Origin: Candidatus Yanofskybacteria bacterium
Lineage (GTDB): Bacteria > Patescibacteriota > Minisyncoccia > 2-02-FULL-40-12 > GWA2-44-9
Length of the DNA: 64,000 nt
Direction: 5' to 3'
NCBI GenBank assembly: GCA_016181045.1
Contig: JACPAB010000002.1
Coordinates: 61,126 to 125,125, forward strand
The notes below the pieces were generated by a model. That model searched no databases. It was not told where the DNA came from and worked only from the letters and a program-made list of their open reading frames with translations. The translations under genes and the position numbers were made by a program. Below are positions 10,240 through 20,667 of the stretch, in pieces (position 1 is the stretch's first letter; the number at the start of each line of letters is the position of its first letter).

Positions 10240-10839
10240 TTACTTTCTATATTCCAGCGCGTTCTTGAGGGTTATCTCGTCGGCGTATTCCAGGTTAGAG
10301 CCGGAGGCCAGGCCCCGGGCAAGGCGGGTCAGGACCACGGCTTTTTTATTTTGAAACAGGTCCTTCAGATAGAGAGAAGTCGTTTCGCCGGGCGTGTTGG
10401 GGTTGGTGGCGATTATGAGCTCGAGCCGGTCGTTGATCTTGAGCATATTGTCGACGCGGCTGACCAGCTCTTTTATCTTTAGGGTATCGGGCGTTGCGCC
10501 GTCCAGCGGATCTACCGCTCCTCCAAGGACATGGTAAAGGCCGTTGTATAAGCCGGTCTTTTCTATAGAATCCAGGTCGGTGACTTTCTCTATTATCAAT
10601 ATCTTGCCTTGGTCTCTCTTGGTGTTCGAGCAGACAATACATTGATGGTTGTCGCTGATATTGAAACAGTTGGGGCAGAAGGAAATTTCTTTTTTGAGGT
10701 TCTGGATGGCCTTTCCCAGGTCCAACAGCTCGGCGTCGGGTTTTTCCATAAGCGCCAAAACAAAACGAGCCGCCTGTCTTGGGCCCACCCCCGGAAGTTT
10801 TTGAAATAATCGGACTATGCGTTTAAAGTTTGGGTTCAT
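10240..10839 (-). CDS. recR: Recombination protein RecR
   Basis: LPGVGPRQAAR, C4 zinc finger, YHVLGG, LEYADEITL. Confidence 0.97.
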   Translation of the reverse strand: MNPNFKRIVRLFQKLPGVGPRQAARFVLALMEKPDAELLDLGKAIQNLKKEISFCPNCFNISDNHQCIVCSNTKRDQGKILIIEKVTDLDSIEKTGLYNGLYHVLGGAVDPLDGATPDTLKIKELVSRVDNMLKINDRLELIIATNPNTPGETTSLYLKDLFQNKKAVVLTRLARGLASGSNLEYADEITLKNALEYRK

Positions 10840-13529
10840 ATGTATTCCAGCGGGACCGTGTGCGTTTTATCTACTTCCATGAATCTTAAGCTTTCCGGGT
10901 CCACTCTGAACTCTATCTCTCTTGTCGGGCCGTTCCTGTGCTTGGCGATTATAAGCTGGGCCATGTTAACAGTGTTGTTCTCGCGCGCTTTTTCCATATT
11001 AACCTTGTCTTCTCTGTGTATGAACATCACCAAGTCGGCATCCTGTTCTATGCTGTTGTGGACAATAATATCGTTAGCTATAAAATTATGTGTTTCAGCT
11101 ACCGTTGCATCATATACCTCTTCTATCCCCAGTTCTTTTTTATTGATTATCTCATCCCAGTAAATATTAGATTCTGATAGTTGTTCCAGTGATTTGTTTT
11201 TTAGGACCAATGCTAATTTACGCATTCTTTCACGGCTAATTCCATTTTTGTATAAGGCGGTTCCGTTATATGCGATTTGCAGGCCGGAGGATAACGCCCG
11301 CATAGATAATCCGGCCTTAATTCTGACAAGTTCAATCATTAATTTCCAGGCTTCTTTGGGGATAACGTCTAAATTTACATTTGGAATTATATCTTTCAGA
11401 GCATCGATGAGCTCAGGTATAATTTCCCCCCTTATTCCATGGCAGCCGATCTCTCTCAAAAATTTCAGTTGGTTTTCTGCGCCTTGAATATGAAGCTGGT
11501 AATTTGGTCTGTAATTTTCTTTTTGAACGGCTCGAATCGTAGATTGAATGCCAAAGCGCAAAAGCAGATGTTGAAGCTGTTGAATTAAAGTCTTGCTTGT
11601 GGATCCGTAATATATTGCTGCGGATGACTTTCTTCCTTTTAGCTTTTTCCAAGAAATATTTCCGTCGGTAGACCAGAGATGTTTAATAAAAAGAGCAACT
11701 TTATCTTTCGGCTGCTTAAAAATTTCTCCAGGAAATACTTTATGATATGAATGCACCCTATCAATGTCAAGTTTGTCGAACCAAATGCTTATGGGATGTT
11801 TTTTTCTGTGTGTAAGATGGTATGGGCTCGTCAGATAAACATGCCACCAGTTTTTTTGTTTTACTACCCTGGGTTTAATGGCAAACAATTTGTTAGCTGA
11901 TTCAGCTACGATGTTAATGTTTTTTGGATCGGCACTTGTGTAATGAAAAGATTGTTTGGGTAAAATACACCCGTCACCCAAAAGATGAGCTAATAAAATA
12001 AGTTCATCGTTGCCCAGAGTCCGTTTGTTCTTTATTGGATTAATTTGTCTTGGTATGGCTATACGGTCTCCTTTCTCAAGATCTTCAAGGGCTTGCCAGC
12101 TATTTAATTTATAGAACGGGTGGTTTGAAGATGCTTTAACAGTTCGCCCGCTGCGCAGGGTCAGTTCGTATATTTTTTTACGCCCGCTTGAGAATGCTTT
12201 GATAAGGGGTTGGATAGTAAGTTTTAAATCCTTATCCAGGGTATATACCGGTATGGGTATCTGTTCTTTCCGATTTGCCAGGTCTCCTATTCTTAGAAGC
12301 TCTCCGGTATCAGCTCTCATTATAAGAGAGTCTCCGGTTAAACAACCCGAGTCCCTCAAGTCCGAAAGGCGTGGCTTGTGGCCGTCGCGCTGTTCCACGG
12401 CGCGGGATAATTGTGATATCGCCACTATCGGTATGTTCAATTCCTTGGCCAAGCCCTTCAGGCCTCTGGATATTTCCGTAACCTGCTGGACGGGGCTTTC
12501 GTAGTTCTTACGGGCTGCCATAAGCTGTAAATAGTCCACTATCACCAGACCCAAGCTACCCTGTTCCATCATAAGGCGTCTGGCCATGGCTCTCATCTGC
12601 AGGATGTTGGGAGAAGGGGTATCGTCTATGAAGATGGGGAGAGACCTCAATTCGTCGCAAGCGGTGGTAATTCTAAGAAAATCGTCGTGTTCTTCATGAT
12701 GGGATAATTTGCCTGTTCTCAACTTCCACAAACTCACACCCGAACCGGCCGATATCAAACGGTCCACGACCTGGTCAATGGACATTTCCATACTGAATAT
12801 TCCGACCGGGATGCCCTGCTTGGCAACCCGCAAGGCAAGGTTTATGGCAAATGCCGTTTTGCCGACCGACGGCCTGGCCGCGAGAACTATCAAGTCCGAT
12901 TTTTGGAGTCCGCCCAAGGTTTCATCCAGGTCATGGTAGTTGGTTCTCAACCCCCGCAGGACTCCGGCGTCCTGGTTGGTTATCCTGTCCATGGCTTCGG
13001 TCAAAGTTGCCGAGATGGGCAGGAAGTTCTTGGTCAGGGACTTCTGCGAGACCGAGAAAAGCTTCTTTTCGGCTTCGTCCAGAAGGTTCTCGACGTCATC
13101 GTCGTCGTTGCCGCTCAAGCCGATAATATGATGGGCGGCGTCTATCATGTCCCGGAGCATCTTTTTCTTCTGGACTATCTTGGCATAGGAATTGATGTGC
13201 GCCGATGTGGGGACGGAATTGACCAGGGATGTCAGATACGCCAGGCCGCCGATCTGCTCCAGGGCGTCCATTTCTTCCAATTTGTTCGAAAGGTTCAGGA
13301 GGTCTATGGGTTCGCGCCTGTCGAAAAGAGCCATGACCGCTTCGTATATGATCTGGTGGCCGCGTTGGTAGAAATCAGGGGGCTTTAAATAATCGGCGAC
13401 CTTGTTTATCGCTTCCCGGTCTATCAAAATCGAACCGAGCAATGATTTCTCGGCGTCTATGTTCTGCGGGGGAAGTTTGCCCTGAGCTATGCCGAAGGGT
13501 TTGTCGGGTGAGATTTTGGGAGATGCCAT
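10836..13529 (-). CDS. dnaB: Replicative DNA helicase DnaB with intein
   Basis: PPQNIDAE, AARPSVGKT, DYLQL, LSDLRDSG|...|SIEQDAD, IAKHRNGP. Confidence 0.97.
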   Translation of the reverse strand: MASPKISPDKPFGIAQGKLPPQNIDAEKSLLGSILIDREAINKVADYLKPPDFYQRGHQIIYEAVMALFDRREPIDLLNLSNKLEEMDALEQIGGLAYLTSLVNSVPTSAHINSYAKIVQKKKMLRDMIDAAHHIIGLSGNDDDDVENLLDEAEKKLFSVSQKSLTKNFLPISATLTEAMDRITNQDAGVLRGLRTNYHDLDETLGGLQKSDLIVLAARPSVGKTAFAINLALRVAKQGIPVGIFSMEMSIDQVVDRLISAGSGVSLWKLRTGKLSHHEEHDDFLRITTACDELRSLPIFIDDTPSPNILQMRAMARRLMMEQGSLGLVIVDYLQLMAARKNYESPVQQVTEISRGLKGLAKELNIPIVAISQLSRAVEQRDGHKPRLSDLRDSGCLTGDSLIMRADTGELLRIGDLANRKEQIPIPVYTLDKDLKLTIQPLIKAFSSGRKKIYELTLRSGRTVKASSNHPFYKLNSWQALEDLEKGDRIAIPRQINPIKNKRTLGNDELILLAHLLGDGCILPKQSFHYTSADPKNINIVAESANKLFAIKPRVVKQKNWWHVYLTSPYHLTHRKKHPISIWFDKLDIDRVHSYHKVFPGEIFKQPKDKVALFIKHLWSTDGNISWKKLKGRKSSAAIYYGSTSKTLIQQLQHLLLRFGIQSTIRAVQKENYRPNYQLHIQGAENQLKFLREIGCHGIRGEIIPELIDALKDIIPNVNLDVIPKEAWKLMIELVRIKAGLSMRALSSGLQIAYNGTALYKNGISRERMRKLALVLKNKSLEQLSESNIYWDEIINKKELGIEEVYDATVAETHNFIANDIIVHNSIEQDADLVMFIHREDKVNMEKARENNTVNMAQLIIAKHRNGPTREIEFRVDPESLRFMEVDKTHTVPLEYI
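11055..12344 (-). mobile_element. 430-aa intein with LAGLIDADG (DOD) homing endonuclease, at the DSG/SIEQD site of DnaB
   Basis: Starts CLTGDS, ends VYDATV...IIVHN before Ser; LAHLLGDG and LWSTDGNI blocks; more AT-rich than the exteins. Confidence 0.95.
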
Positions 13530-13642
13530 GGAAGTCGGATAATGATGGACTCATTATTATGAAATAAATCCGATTCGGCAAGTTGTAAAAGTTTATTAAT
13601 TGTGGAATTCTATGGATAAGAACTTTCAAAACAGGGTTTGCC

Positions 13643-13744
13643 ATGACAATAAACCCGCTTAACGTGATTTTTTATGCCTGCATCTGGGTGGCGGTAATAC
13701 TGATAGGGCAGACCTTATATAGGAAGTTTTGGAGGCGGCACTAA
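13643..13744 (+). CDS. Candidate 33-aa membrane peptide
   Basis: MTINPLNVIFYACIWVAVILIGQTLYRKFWRRH: one TM plus basic tail; AGGG upstream. Confidence 0.4.
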   Translation: MTINPLNVIFYACIWVAVILIGQTLYRKFWRRH

Positions 13745-15129
13745 CGGCGAGTCACCAGAGGACCGTAAATAGTGTCATCCACCCGATAGCCCATTTCTTC
13801 GATCTGGGCTCTTATTTTGTCCGCTTCTGCCCAATTCTTTTCTTCTCGGAGTTTCTCTCTTTTTTCAACCAATTCCAGCACCTCATCTGGGATTTTTTCT
13901 AATTTTGAAGGGATTATGCCCAACATAGTATCAACTTCATTCAGAAACTCTTTTGCTTTTTTTACACTGTTCTTGTCTAGGGAATCAGCGGTAAGGGCGG
14001 GATTGATCTCTCGTATCAGGCCAAAAACAGAAGCGAAGGCCTGCGGAGCGTTGAAGTCATCGTCCATCGCGTCAAAGAACTTTTGTCTAGTTTCTTTAAT
14101 CCGTTCTTCGATACTTTCCTCACCGTTGCCATTTGCTAAGCTTGCTTTTTGTACAAATTCATAAATTCGTCTAATTCCTGCCTCTGATTGTTGAAGTATC
14201 TTGTCGCTTAAATCAAGAGGCGAGCGGTAATAACCTGACAGAAGGTAGAACCTCAACACTTCTTTGGGATATTTCTTGAGGAGTTCATAGGCCATTTCAA
14301 AGTTGCCCAGCGATTTAGACATCTTTCGTTCTTTATTCGTTACAAACGCGACATGCATCCAGTATTTAACAAAATCTTTCGGTTTAATGTTGGCGGCCGC
14401 GCATTGCTGGGTTACCTCGGCTTCGTGGTGGGGGAATATCAGGTCCTGCCCTCCGCCATGGATGTCGTATTGCGGGCCGAAGTATTTTTCGGTGATGGCG
14501 GTGTCCTCAATATGCCAGCCCGGACGACCGGCGCCGACCGGCGCCGGCCAAGATGGATCTCCGTCCTGGGAAAATTTCCAGAGCGCGAAGTCCCCGCGAT
14601 TGCGTTTCTTGTCGCTGTCATCTATGCGTGAAACCGCATCGTCGGCCATGCTGGCCGTCCGGCCCGATAATTTGCCATAGTCGGGGAAAGTGGATAGGTC
14701 AAAGTATATCCCATCGCCCTCGATCACATAAGCATTGCCTTTGTCCAGCAAAGTTTTGACTTGAGTGATTACTTCCGGAATATGGTCGGTGGCATTTTTG
14801 TATTCCGGAGAGGTGACCCCCAGCGCTTCCATGTCTTGTTTGAAAATCTCGGTGTATTTTTTGGCGTATTCCAGCGGGTCGGCATTTTCTTTCTGCGCCC
14901 GCTCGATTATCTTGTTGTCGATGTCGGTGATGTTTTGAATATAGTCAACTTCATATCCTCGATATCGGAGATATTTAGCAACCACATCAAAGAAAACAAA
15001 AGTTCTCGCGTTGCCGATGTGGACATAGTCGTAAACCGTCGGGCCGCAGACGAACATCTGGATTTTTTTATTATTTCTCGGAACCAGCTCTTCTTTAGTT
15101 CTGGTTATGGTGTTGTAGAGTTTGATCAT
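13741..15129 (-). CDS. cysS: Cysteine--tRNA ligase
   Basis: CGPTVY, HIGN, DFALWK, GRPGWHIE, KMSKS. Confidence 0.98.
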   Translation of the reverse strand: MIKLYNTITRTKEELVPRNNKKIQMFVCGPTVYDYVHIGNARTFVFFDVVAKYLRYRGYEVDYIQNITDIDNKIIERAQKENADPLEYAKKYTEIFKQDMEALGVTSPEYKNATDHIPEVITQVKTLLDKGNAYVIEGDGIYFDLSTFPDYGKLSGRTASMADDAVSRIDDSDKKRNRGDFALWKFSQDGDPSWPAPVGAGRPGWHIEDTAITEKYFGPQYDIHGGGQDLIFPHHEAEVTQQCAAANIKPKDFVKYWMHVAFVTNKERKMSKSLGNFEMAYELLKKYPKEVLRFYLLSGYYRSPLDLSDKILQQSEAGIRRIYEFVQKASLANGNGEESIEERIKETRQKFFDAMDDDFNAPQAFASVFGLIREINPALTADSLDKNSVKKAKEFLNEVDTMLGIIPSKLEKIPDEVLELVEKREKLREEKNWAEADKIRAQIEEMGYRVDDTIYGPLVTRR

Positions 15130-16385
15130 AGGATAAAGAATATCAAAATTGCGGAAGCAGTCATAACCCATAAGGCAACGTGGCCGAAAAAGTTAAGCCA
15201 CGGGCCGTTGGTGTGTTCGCCCATGATTTTTTTGTTGTTGGCCATATGGAGGACCATCAATATTAAAAATGGCGAGATAACGCCGTAAAGAAGGGAGGTA
15301 TAAAAGAGGGCTTTTACCGGGTGAAATCCCAAGAGGGGGATTAAAAGGCCGATTATCGTGGAAGCGATAACGATGCCATAAAATTCTTTTGCCTTGGTAA
15401 AACTTTTATTGAGGCCTTCCGACCAGCCGAAGACCTCGGCTACGACATAGGCGGCCGAACCGGCCAAAACCGGAATGGCTAAAAACCCCGCGCCGATGAT
15501 GCCAACGGTGAAAAGAAGAAAGGCATACTCGCCGGCTAACGGTTTTAGAACCAAAGCCGCGTCTCGGAGCGTTTCAATATTATTAAAACCGGCCCTAAAA
15601 AGAGTGGAAGCAGTCAAGATAATAATGAAAAAAGTAATTATGTTGGAGAAGCTCATACCTACTCGAGTGTCTGTTTTAAGGTCTTCAAGTTCTTGTTCGG
15701 TGGCCGGTTTTAAGCGGCAAGTTCTGCCCGGCTTACATTGTTCCAATGTTTTTTCTTCAACTTCCTGGCTGGCTTGCCAGAAATATAGATACGGTGAAAT
15801 AGTCGTGCCGAAAAATGCGATAAGGACGACGAAGAATTCTTTACTAAACTGCAAACTTGGAACAATCGCATGGTATAAAATTTCAAGCCAATTCTGGTGA
15901 ATTGTGAAAACCGTCAGGATATATGTTGCAAGGGCGATAGACAGCCACTTGAATATCGTAAAGATCTTTTGGTAAGACAAGGCAAGAATGATCAGCAGAA
16001 TTGCGAATGTCATCACCGAAGCGGTCAATTTTTCCGGGAAAGGAGTAATAAGCGTCATTGCTTGAGCCATGCCGGCCATGTCGGCGCCGATGTTGATAGT
16101 GTTTACACTGACTATCAGAATAGATATGAATATCATCACCCATTTTGGATAATGTTTTTTCATATTTCCCGCTAATCCTAAATTTGAAACCCGGCCGATA
16201 CGCGCGCTCATTTCCTGGACCGCTATCATCAAAGGCAGAGAAAAAAGCGACGCCCAAAGCATCCCCAATCCGAATTTGGCTCCGGCGATGGAGTAGGTGG
16301 CGATCGCCGACGGCTCGTTATCCGAGGCGCCGGTTATCAAACCCGGCCCGAGCGACTTCCAGAATTTTTTTAGTTTGTTGGACAC
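15126..16385 (-). CDS. NRAMP-family divalent metal transporter
   Basis: LGPGLITGASDNEP, GTTISPY; about 11 TM segments. Confidence 0.9.
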   Translation of the reverse strand: MSNKLKKFWKSLGPGLITGASDNEPSAIATYSIAGAKFGLGMLWASLFSLPLMIAVQEMSARIGRVSNLGLAGNMKKHYPKWVMIFISILIVSVNTINIGADMAGMAQAMTLITPFPEKLTASVMTFAILLIILALSYQKIFTIFKWLSIALATYILTVFTIHQNWLEILYHAIVPSLQFSKEFFVVLIAFFGTTISPYLYFWQASQEVEEKTLEQCKPGRTCRLKPATEQELEDLKTDTRVGMSFSNIITFFIIILTASTLFRAGFNNIETLRDAALVLKPLAGEYAFLLFTVGIIGAGFLAIPVLAGSAAYVVAEVFGWSEGLNKSFTKAKEFYGIVIASTIIGLLIPLLGFHPVKALFYTSLLYGVISPFLILMVLHMANNKKIMGEHTNGPWLNFFGHVALWVMTASAILIFFIL

Positions 16386-16469
16386 TAACCCATTTTAGAG
16401 CATATAAGTTTTTTAAACAAACTCTTTACTTACTATGATACATCAAAGTATCATAGTAAGTAAAAACCC

Positions 16470-16814
16470 ATGAAAGTGAGATCAAGAAAAATAGACAATA
16501 AAGAGAAAGCGGAGTATCTCGATGCATTGTATACCGCGGTCGAGTCATTGAGGTCCCGCGAAGAAGTCAAGAACTTTTTACGCGATCTTTTAACTGAAGG
16601 TGAAAGAATAATGGTTGGCAGAAGGATAGTAATTGCCAAAAGATTATTGAATGAGGAGTCGTACGAACAAATTATTAGAGAAATGAGGGTTGGTCCAGAC
16701 ACCATTATGCGAGTTCACCGGTGGCTTGAGGACGATATTGAGGGTTATGAAAAAGCGGTTAAAAAGTTGGAAAAAGTTCTTGAATCAAGACAAGAAAAAA
16801 GAGACAAAGCGTAG
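16470..16814 (+). CDS. TrpR-like (YerC/YecD) DNA-binding protein
   Basis: FLRDLLTEGE...RRIVIAKRL...SYEQI...TIMRV Trp-repressor-like pattern. Confidence 0.85.
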   Translation: MKVRSRKIDNKEKAEYLDALYTAVESLRSREEVKNFLRDLLTEGERIMVGRRIVIAKRLLNEESYEQIIREMRVGPDTIMRVHRWLEDDIEGYEKAVKKLEKVLESRQEKRDKA

Positions 16815-16902
16815 CTTGATCCATTTTCTTTTGAAGGTTTGAAGATTTGATACTTTGATGTATCATAATTAAAAAGAAAAAGGGATGGGTCCGAAACTTG
16901 GA

Positions 16903-16929
16903 TTGGCACTCCTTGACATCGAGTGCTAA
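16903..16929 (+). promoter_or_regulatory. CIRCE operator overlapping the hrcA promoter
   Basis: TTGGCACTC-N9-GAGTGCTAA; contains -35 TTGACA, with TGaTAAGAT -10 downstream. Confidence 0.93.
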
Positions 16930-16947
16930 TTTGATAAGATGCCAATT

Positions 16948-17706
16948 ATGACTACCGTGAGGCAGGAAAGGTTACTGGATTTTATAATAAGAAAGCATGT
17001 AAAGACCGCAAAGCCAGTGGGGTCTTCTTTAGTGTCAAAAAAGGCCGGTTTTGGTTTAAGTCCGGCTACAGTCAGGAACGAAATGGCGGAACTTGAGAAG
17101 GCCGGCTACTTGGCTCAGCTTCACACTTCTGGCGGACGGGTTCCCACCGATAAAGCATATCGGTATTACGTAAATCAGCTTCTGAACAAGCCAATAAAAA
17201 CAAAACTAGACGAGAAAGACAAGGAAAGAATAAACCACACACTATCCGCAACATATGAAGATTTCCGCGCCATCAACAAAGCGATTGCAAATATATTATC
17301 GGAATGTTCTGGAAATTTAGTTATTGCCGGTACTGCCCAGGATGCAGAATTTTTCAAACAAGGACTAGTAAGTATGCTAAAAATGCCAGAGTTCAAAGAA
17401 GAATTCAGTAATCTATTCAGGTTAGCCAGTTTCTTTGAAGGCTTTGATGCCATGTTTCAGGCAATTGAGAGGGAATTCTTCCATACATTAGCCGGTCCGT
17501 CAGGGTTACCGATACAAATTCTGATCGGACACGAAAATCCATTCAAACAGATCAGGGGCGAGACGATAATGTGTACCAAATATATATTGCCGGGAGACAT
17601 AATCGGGTCGCTAACATTGGTAGGTCCGACCAGAATGGATTATGAAAAGAATATTTCATTGATAAATTACACAATTAACCAGTTACAAAAATTAAATAAT
17701 ACATAA
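16948..17706 (+). CDS. hrcA: Heat-inducible transcription repressor HrcA (short form)
   Basis: PVGS, SPATVRNEMAELE, HTSGGRVPTDKAYRYYV, GPTRMDY. Confidence 0.95.
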   Translation: MTTVRQERLLDFIIRKHVKTAKPVGSSLVSKKAGFGLSPATVRNEMAELEKAGYLAQLHTSGGRVPTDKAYRYYVNQLLNKPIKTKLDEKDKERINHTLSATYEDFRAINKAIANILSECSGNLVIAGTAQDAEFFKQGLVSMLKMPEFKEEFSNLFRLASFFEGFDAMFQAIEREFFHTLAGPSGLPIQILIGHENPFKQIRGETIMCTKYILPGDIIGSLTLVGPTRMDYEKNISLINYTINQLQKLNNT

Positions 17707-17707
17707 T

Positions 17708-18163
17708 ATGGACGACGAAATAAAAAATGACTTATCCGGTCAGGAAAAACCAACAGAAGTAAGCGAAACAGACAAAGTTAAAGCCCAGGCCCAGGAATAT
17801 CTGGATAACTGGAAGAGGGAGAGGGCGGATTTTCTGAATTATAAGAAAGACGAAACCAAACGGCTCGGAGAATTTGTGAAATTCGCGAACAAGGCCGTTA
17901 TTCTGGAAGCGATAGACATACTTGACGATTTAGAGAGGGCAGAGAAAGAAATAAATAATCCGGGATTAAATCAAATAGTGGCAAAGTTCCATAATCTTTT
18001 GAAAATATTCGAGGTAGAAAGGATAAGCACCGAAGGCGTGTTTGACCCCTTACTGCACGAAGCGGTCGAAGGAACGGGGGGAGATAAGCTGGAAGAGGTG
18101 CGGGCGGGATACACGATGCACGGAAAAGTAATTAGGCCAGCCAGAGTAAAACTAACAAAATAA
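17708..18163 (+). CDS. grpE: Nucleotide exchange factor GrpE
   Basis: RADFLNYKK, FDPLLHEAV, GY...VIRPARV. Confidence 0.95.
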   Translation: MDDEIKNDLSGQEKPTEVSETDKVKAQAQEYLDNWKRERADFLNYKKDETKRLGEFVKFANKAVILEAIDILDDLERAEKEINNPGLNQIVAKFHNLLKIFEVERISTEGVFDPLLHEAVEGTGGDKLEEVRAGYTMHGKVIRPARVKLTK

Positions 18164-18243
18164 CCAACGACCAACAACTAACGACAAACGACAAAATTAA
18201 ATTAATTGTTGTGGGTCGTAAGTTGTAAGTCGTAAGTCAAATT

Positions 18244-20130
18244 ATGGCAAAAATATTAGGAATCGATTTGGGGACAACTAATTCGGCAATGGCGGTGGTG
18301 GAAGTGGGCCAGCCGAGAATACTAGAGAACAAAGAGGGGATGAGAACCACACCCTCTGTCGTGGCTATGGGCAAGAATGGCGAAAGATATGTCGGCGTGA
18401 CCGCCAAAAGACAGGCGGTTACCAACCCCGCAAACACTATTTTCTCGGTGAAGCGGCTCATTGGCCGCCGGTTCAAGGATGACGAGGTCCAGAGGGACAA
18501 GAAACTCCTCCCTTACGAGATAAGAGAGGCCTCCAACGGCGGAGTAGAAGTAAAGATGGGCGATAAATGGCACAAGCCGGAAGAGATATCGGCTATGATA
18601 TTACAGAAGCTTAAAGCCGATGCCGAGGACCGCCTTGGTGAAAAAATTACCGAGGCCATCATTACCGTTCCGGCGTATTTTGACGACTCTCAAAGAAAAG
18701 CGACAAAGGATGCGGGAGAAATAGCCGGGTTGACCGTTAAGCGCGTCATCAACGAACCGACCGCTGCAGCTTTGGCTTATGGGTTGAATAAGAAGAAAGA
18801 CGAAAAAGTCGTTGTCTATGACTTCGGAGGCGGAACGTTCGACATCTCCGTTCTTGAAATAGGCGATGACACGATTGAGGTCAAAGCCACCGGTGGAGAT
18901 ACTCATTTGGGCGGAGATGACATCGACCAAAAAATAATCGGCTATCTGATTAACGAGTTCAAAAAAGACCAAGGAGTTGACGTATCCAAAGACCAGTTGG
19001 CTATCCAGCGGCTCAAGGACGCAGCCGAGAAAGCCAAGCATGAACTTTCAAGCACTCTTCAGACGGAGGTGAATGTACCTTTCCTGACCGCGGACGCTTC
19101 CGGTCCGAAGCATTTCAGCATGGCTTTCACCCGGGCTAAACTTGAGGAATTGGTCGGAGATCTCGTGACTCGCTCCATAGAACTTACCAAAAAGACCCTC
19201 GACGAAGCCGGATTCAAAACCGGCGACATTAACGAGATCATATTGGTCGGTGGACAGACCAGAATGCCTCTAATCGTAGAAGAGGTTAAAAAACTTTTCG
19301 GTAAGGAACCCCACAAAGACATCAACCCAGATGAAGTTGTGGCTTTAGGCGCGGCTGTCCAGGGAGGCATTATGCAGGGCGAGATAAGAGATGTGTTGCT
19401 GTTGGATGTCACACCTTTATCTCTCGGCATCGAGACGCTCGGCCAGGTGTTCACCAAGATGATAGAGAAGAATACAACCGTCCCGGTGTCCAAGACACAG
19501 ATATTCTCGACTGCCGCAGATAACCAACCCTCGGTGGAGATACACATTCTTCAGGGCGAGCGTGCCATGGCCCACGACAACAAGACACTGGGCAGGTTTA
19601 TTTTAGATGGAGTTCCCCCTGCGCCGAGAGGCGTGCCACAAGTCGAGGTCTCATTCGACATAGATGCCAACGGCATTCTGCACGTTAAAGCCAAGGACAA
19701 AGCCACCGGGAAAGAACAGTCGATCAAAATAGAAGGTTCATCCGGCTTGTCGGAGGACGAGAAAAAAAGAATGACCGCCGACGCGGAGAAACACGCCGCC
19801 GAAGACGCCAAGAAAAAGGAACTGGCCGAAACCAGGAATCTTGGTGAGACACTTGCCTATACGACCGAAAAAATGGTCAAAGAAAATGAGGCCCCCGACG
19901 CTCCGGCCGGGGCAGGCAAGATAAAAGAAGATGACAAGAAAGAATTGAATGATAAAATTGAGAAGGTCCGCTCGGCCTTGAAATCGGACGATCTCGGTGA
20001 GATTAAAAAGCAAACAGAAGAATTATCTAAATCGGCCCAGCGTGTCGGCGGAGAGTTATACAAGCAAACTCCCTCGGCCGAAGCGTCGGGACCAAAACAA
20101 GAGGAGCCAAAAGAAGAGCCGAAATATTAA
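18244..20130 (+). CDS. dnaK: Chaperone DnaK
   Basis: [34 protein letters not shown]. Confidence 0.99.
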   Translation: MAKILGIDLGTTNSAMAVVEVGQPRILENKEGMRTTPSVVAMGKNGERYVGVTAKRQAVTNPANTIFSVKRLIGRRFKDDEVQRDKKLLPYEIREASNGGVEVKMGDKWHKPEEISAMILQKLKADAEDRLGEKITEAIITVPAYFDDSQRKATKDAGEIAGLTVKRVINEPTAAALAYGLNKKKDEKVVVYDFGGGTFDISVLEIGDDTIEVKATGGDTHLGGDDIDQKIIGYLINEFKKDQGVDVSKDQLAIQRLKDAAEKAKHELSSTLQTEVNVPFLTADASGPKHFSMAFTRAKLEELVGDLVTRSIELTKKTLDEAGFKTGDINEIILVGGQTRMPLIVEEVKKLFGKEPHKDINPDEVVALGAAVQGGIMQGEIRDVLLLDVTPLSLGIETLGQVFTKMIEKNTTVPVSKTQIFSTAADNQPSVEIHILQGERAMAHDNKTLGRFILDGVPPAPRGVPQVEVSFDIDANGILHVKAKDKATGKEQSIKIEGSSGLSEDEKKRMTADAEKHAAEDAKKKELAETRNLGETLAYTTEKMVKENEAPDAPAGAGKIKEDDKKELNDKIEKVRSALKSDDLGEIKKQTEELSKSAQRVGGELYKQTPSAEASGPKQEEPKEEPKY

Positions 20131-20144
20131 TAACTAAGTAATTA

Positions 20145-20178
20145 ATCATTCTCATATTCTTGAGAATATGAGAATGAT
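20145..20178. repeat. Perfect 16-bp inverted repeat after dnaK
   Basis: ATCATTCTCATATTCT-TG-AGAATATGAGAATGAT. Confidence 0.8.
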
Positions 20179-20191
20179 GTGGGTTATTTTT

Positions 20192-20227
20192 AAAAACAAA
20201 AAACGCCTTCCCGAGGAAGAAGACGCG
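20192..20227 (-). terminator. Intrinsic terminator of the minus-strand ncRNA candidate
   Basis: GCGTCTTC-loop-GAAGGCGT then TTTTTGTTTTT on the minus strand. Confidence 0.75.
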
Positions 20228-20661
20228 TGCTGGGGTTTCGTACCCAGCTGCGGAATTGAGCTTGCGCCTCTACCGCTTTACGCTCTTTGCTAACCCTGAA
20301 AGAGTAAGTCGGGGGTCATCATCCGCCGAGACGAACGGTGCCGGAGTCGCACCCTGGTATGCTATCCGGCAGGTTTTATCGCAGAAGGAATATTCTCGTC
20401 AACAGCCCACGGATACGCCACCGTGCGCACCATTCGTCGCTGTTGAACTTTCCCTTCTGGCCAGGTTTCGGGACGGCAGGTGTGTGCGCTGTCTACAGCG
20501 CGATCGGGAATCTAACCCTTCCTGCCATCCCGAATGTCGAAATTATTGAAAAAAGAGCGAGGGGCCGATTTTTGTCAAAATTAGCGGATTGTGTCCGCCA
20601 GAGGAGCTGGGTGGAGGGGTTCAACCGGCCCCGAGAGCAAGTCCCCTTTCCAACCTCTGAT
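20195..20661 (-). ncRNA. Candidate ~465-nt structured ncRNA, family not recognised
   Basis: Own promoter and terminator; at least 8 helices; mismatches read as G-U only on the minus strand; no minus-strand ORF of 60 aa or more. Confidence 0.7.
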
Positions 20662-20667
20662 ACTTTA

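Noticed and set aside
20195-20661. Identification as RNase P, tmRNA or a group I intron
   Set aside because: No GAGGAAAGTCC/CGGCTTA P4 pair, no T-arm/CCA end or tag frame, and the group-I-like words occur in the wrong order.
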